From assembly GCF_000092465.1 (NCBI RefSeq), contig NC_014205.1:1170001-1202000 (forward strand): DNA of 32,000 nucleotides, read 5' to 3'. The stretch comes from Staphylothermus hellenicus DSM 12710. GTDB lineage: Archaea > Thermoproteota > Thermoprotei_A > Sulfolobales > Desulfurococcaceae. Shown here in pieces: positions 30,759 to 32,000 of this stretch. The notes below the pieces were generated by a model. It did no database searches. It saw nothing but the letters and a program-made list of their open reading frames with translations, and had not been told where the DNA came from. The translations under genes and the position numbers were made by a program. Each line of letters opens with the position of its first letter. The first letter of the stretch is position 1.

Positions 30759-32000
30759 TTATATAATCACTACAATTAGCGATTCCACCAAGACTGTGTC
30801 TAATGTATCGGGATCTCTAAGATCGTATTTTACAGGCGTTATTTCAAATAAGTATGTTCCAGGTTCTAGATCCACTACTATCTTATTCTCTCCTGGAGAA
30901 ATAATATAGGTAGTATCCGGTTGAATACCGAATATATTGAACAATAACTGGTTATCTTTGATCCTGTATACTGTTATTTTTAGGGAGGTGTTATAGGGAT
31001 TATAAACTGTGAACGAAATATTAGAGTATGCTTGAACATATGTTGTAGTTGATAAATCTGATAATTCATGTTGAAAAATTTTTACTTGTTTATTGAATGG
31101 TTTGCGCGGAATATAATTTTCAATTATTGACCTGGTCCTCGCGTCTTTAATTAATAAGAGCCTTGGTAAGGGTGCTCCTAGAGTTGTAGGGGCTTGTTCT
31201 GTATTTAAATATATTGTTCTACAAGCTTCATATCCTAGACAACTATATTGGTTGCTGATCGATGTATTCAATATAACTTGTAGGAAGGGCCCATAACCTT
31301 GTGAGGGTTCAATAGGCTCTGCTGAAATGTAGTTGTCGCCATCAACCGCGTAAGTATATTGATCTAGAGCCGCATATCTAGTGATATACTCTTCTTCTCC
31401 TATGGGTATCCATATTTTGATTGGTTTGTAACTGCATCCTATATTCCAAAGAGCTGATATATAAGTGCTAACAGTATTGGCACTCTTTATATTGATATAG
31501 TTGCTCTCCATATAGTAGAACTGTCTTGGAACCTTAACTATTGCTGGATTATATGAGTAGTTTATGATTTCGTATCCGTAGATCGTTAAATTTGCCTCAA
31601 TTAACATATCCGGCCCTACAATATAGTTCTCGTATTCAGTATAGTAGTTATAGGCTAGTACGAGTATATTGTTTGTTAAAAAGTATCCGATACTATTTCC
31701 CTCAAGGTATAGCATATAATGTGGCTCGGAAGATATGTATTCAGTTCTGTGTTTTGCAGTAACTTTTCCAGTAAAACTCGATGTAGGCGTTAATAGAAGT
31801 GGATACGCTGCCTTGTTTTTATCAATACTAGACACTGTTTGATCATTGACTCTTTCCTTAGAGAGATAAACATTTCCCCAACCATACAGTATGAACTGGT
31901 TGTTGGTATTAGCTTTAAATGTTAATCCTACGGTTGAAATAGCACTGCTCCAGGAATAAGTCTTGTAGTATGTAATATAGTAAACGTCAATGGTGTAATT
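30759..32000 (-). CDS. Tyr/Asn-rich beta-type protein, probably extracellular; 5'-partial (frame open to the window edge)
   Basis: Hand translation upstream of the track start (GTG 31835) finds no stop through 32000 (...NYTIDVYYITYYKTYSWSSAISTVGLTFKANTNNQFILYGWGNVYLSKERVNDQTV-SSIDKNK...). The gene therefore probably begins beyond the window. No family recognised. Confidence 0.5.
   Translation of the reverse strand, partial: NYTIDVYYITYYKTYSWSSAISTVGLTFKANTNNQFILYGWGNVYLSKERVNDQTVSSIDKNKAAYPLLLTPTSSFTGKVTAKHRTEYISSEPHYMLYLEGNSIGYFLTNNILVLAYNYYTEYENYIVGPDMLIEANLTIYGYEIINYSYNPAIVKVPRQFYYMESNYINIKSANTVSTYISALWNIGCSYKPIKIWIPIGEEEYITRYAALDQYTYAVDGDNYISAEPIEPSQGYGPFLQVILNTSISNQYSCLGYEACRTIYLNTEQAPTTLGAPLPRLLLIKDARTRSIIENYIPRKPFNKQVKIFQHELSDLSTTTYVQAYSNISFTVYNPYNTSLKITVYRIKDNQLLFNIFGIQPDTTYIISPGENKIVVDLEPGTYLFEITPVKYDLRDPDTLDTVLVESLIVVII

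Overview
AT-rich archaeal chromosome segment with the style of a hyperthermophilic crenarchaeote: 4-nt ATGA/TAATG gene overlaps, frequent GTG/TTG starts, an intron-containing tRNA, and GC-rich islands only where RNA is structured. It looks Desulfurococcales-like, and several features are reminiscent of Staphylothermus, but this cannot be verified without a search. The window has five blocks. (1) 1-8.2 kb is housekeeping, dominated by tRNA maturation and RNA-end repair genes: a Trm11/TrmG10-like THUMP methyltransferase, RNase Z, the UPF0201/UPF0200 pair, ThpR/LigT, the CCA-adding enzyme and an atypical kinase. PRPP synthetase and an AmmeMemoRadiSam-type radical SAM enzyme are also here. (2) 8.2-9.9 kb holds tRNA-Pro(GGG) with a 34-nt intron, a ferredoxin, an ArsR regulator and a candidate C/D box sRNA. 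(3) 9.9-17.5 kb is a replication island: MCM interrupted by a 350-aa intein, a GINS23-like subunit, RFC small and large subunits, and Orc1/Cdc6 with a translationally coupled 66-aa winged-helix protein. (4) 17.6-23.4 kb is the accessory part. The trkA-trkH potassium uptake operon has trkH split by a TnpA-less IS200/IS605-type element that carries a small RHH gene coupled to tnpB and a GC-rich omegaRNA-like 3' end. Next to it is a tight three-gene operon encoding an RHH/UPF0175-like/PIN-like fusion plus two vWA-fold proteins, one with an intact MIDAS motif and one degenerate. (5) 23.6-32 kb is a cell-surface cluster: a 1345-aa pyrolysin/STABLE-like subtilase, an 871-aa membrane-anchored protein whose C-terminal stalk has 11-residue (33-nt) repeats, and a Tyr/Asn-rich protein whose frame runs off the window. 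I found no rRNA, no CRISPR array and no convincing replication origin. The best candidates for something undescribed are the RHH-PIN/vWA/vWA operon, the RHH-TnpB coupling, and the protease plus undecad-stalk pair.
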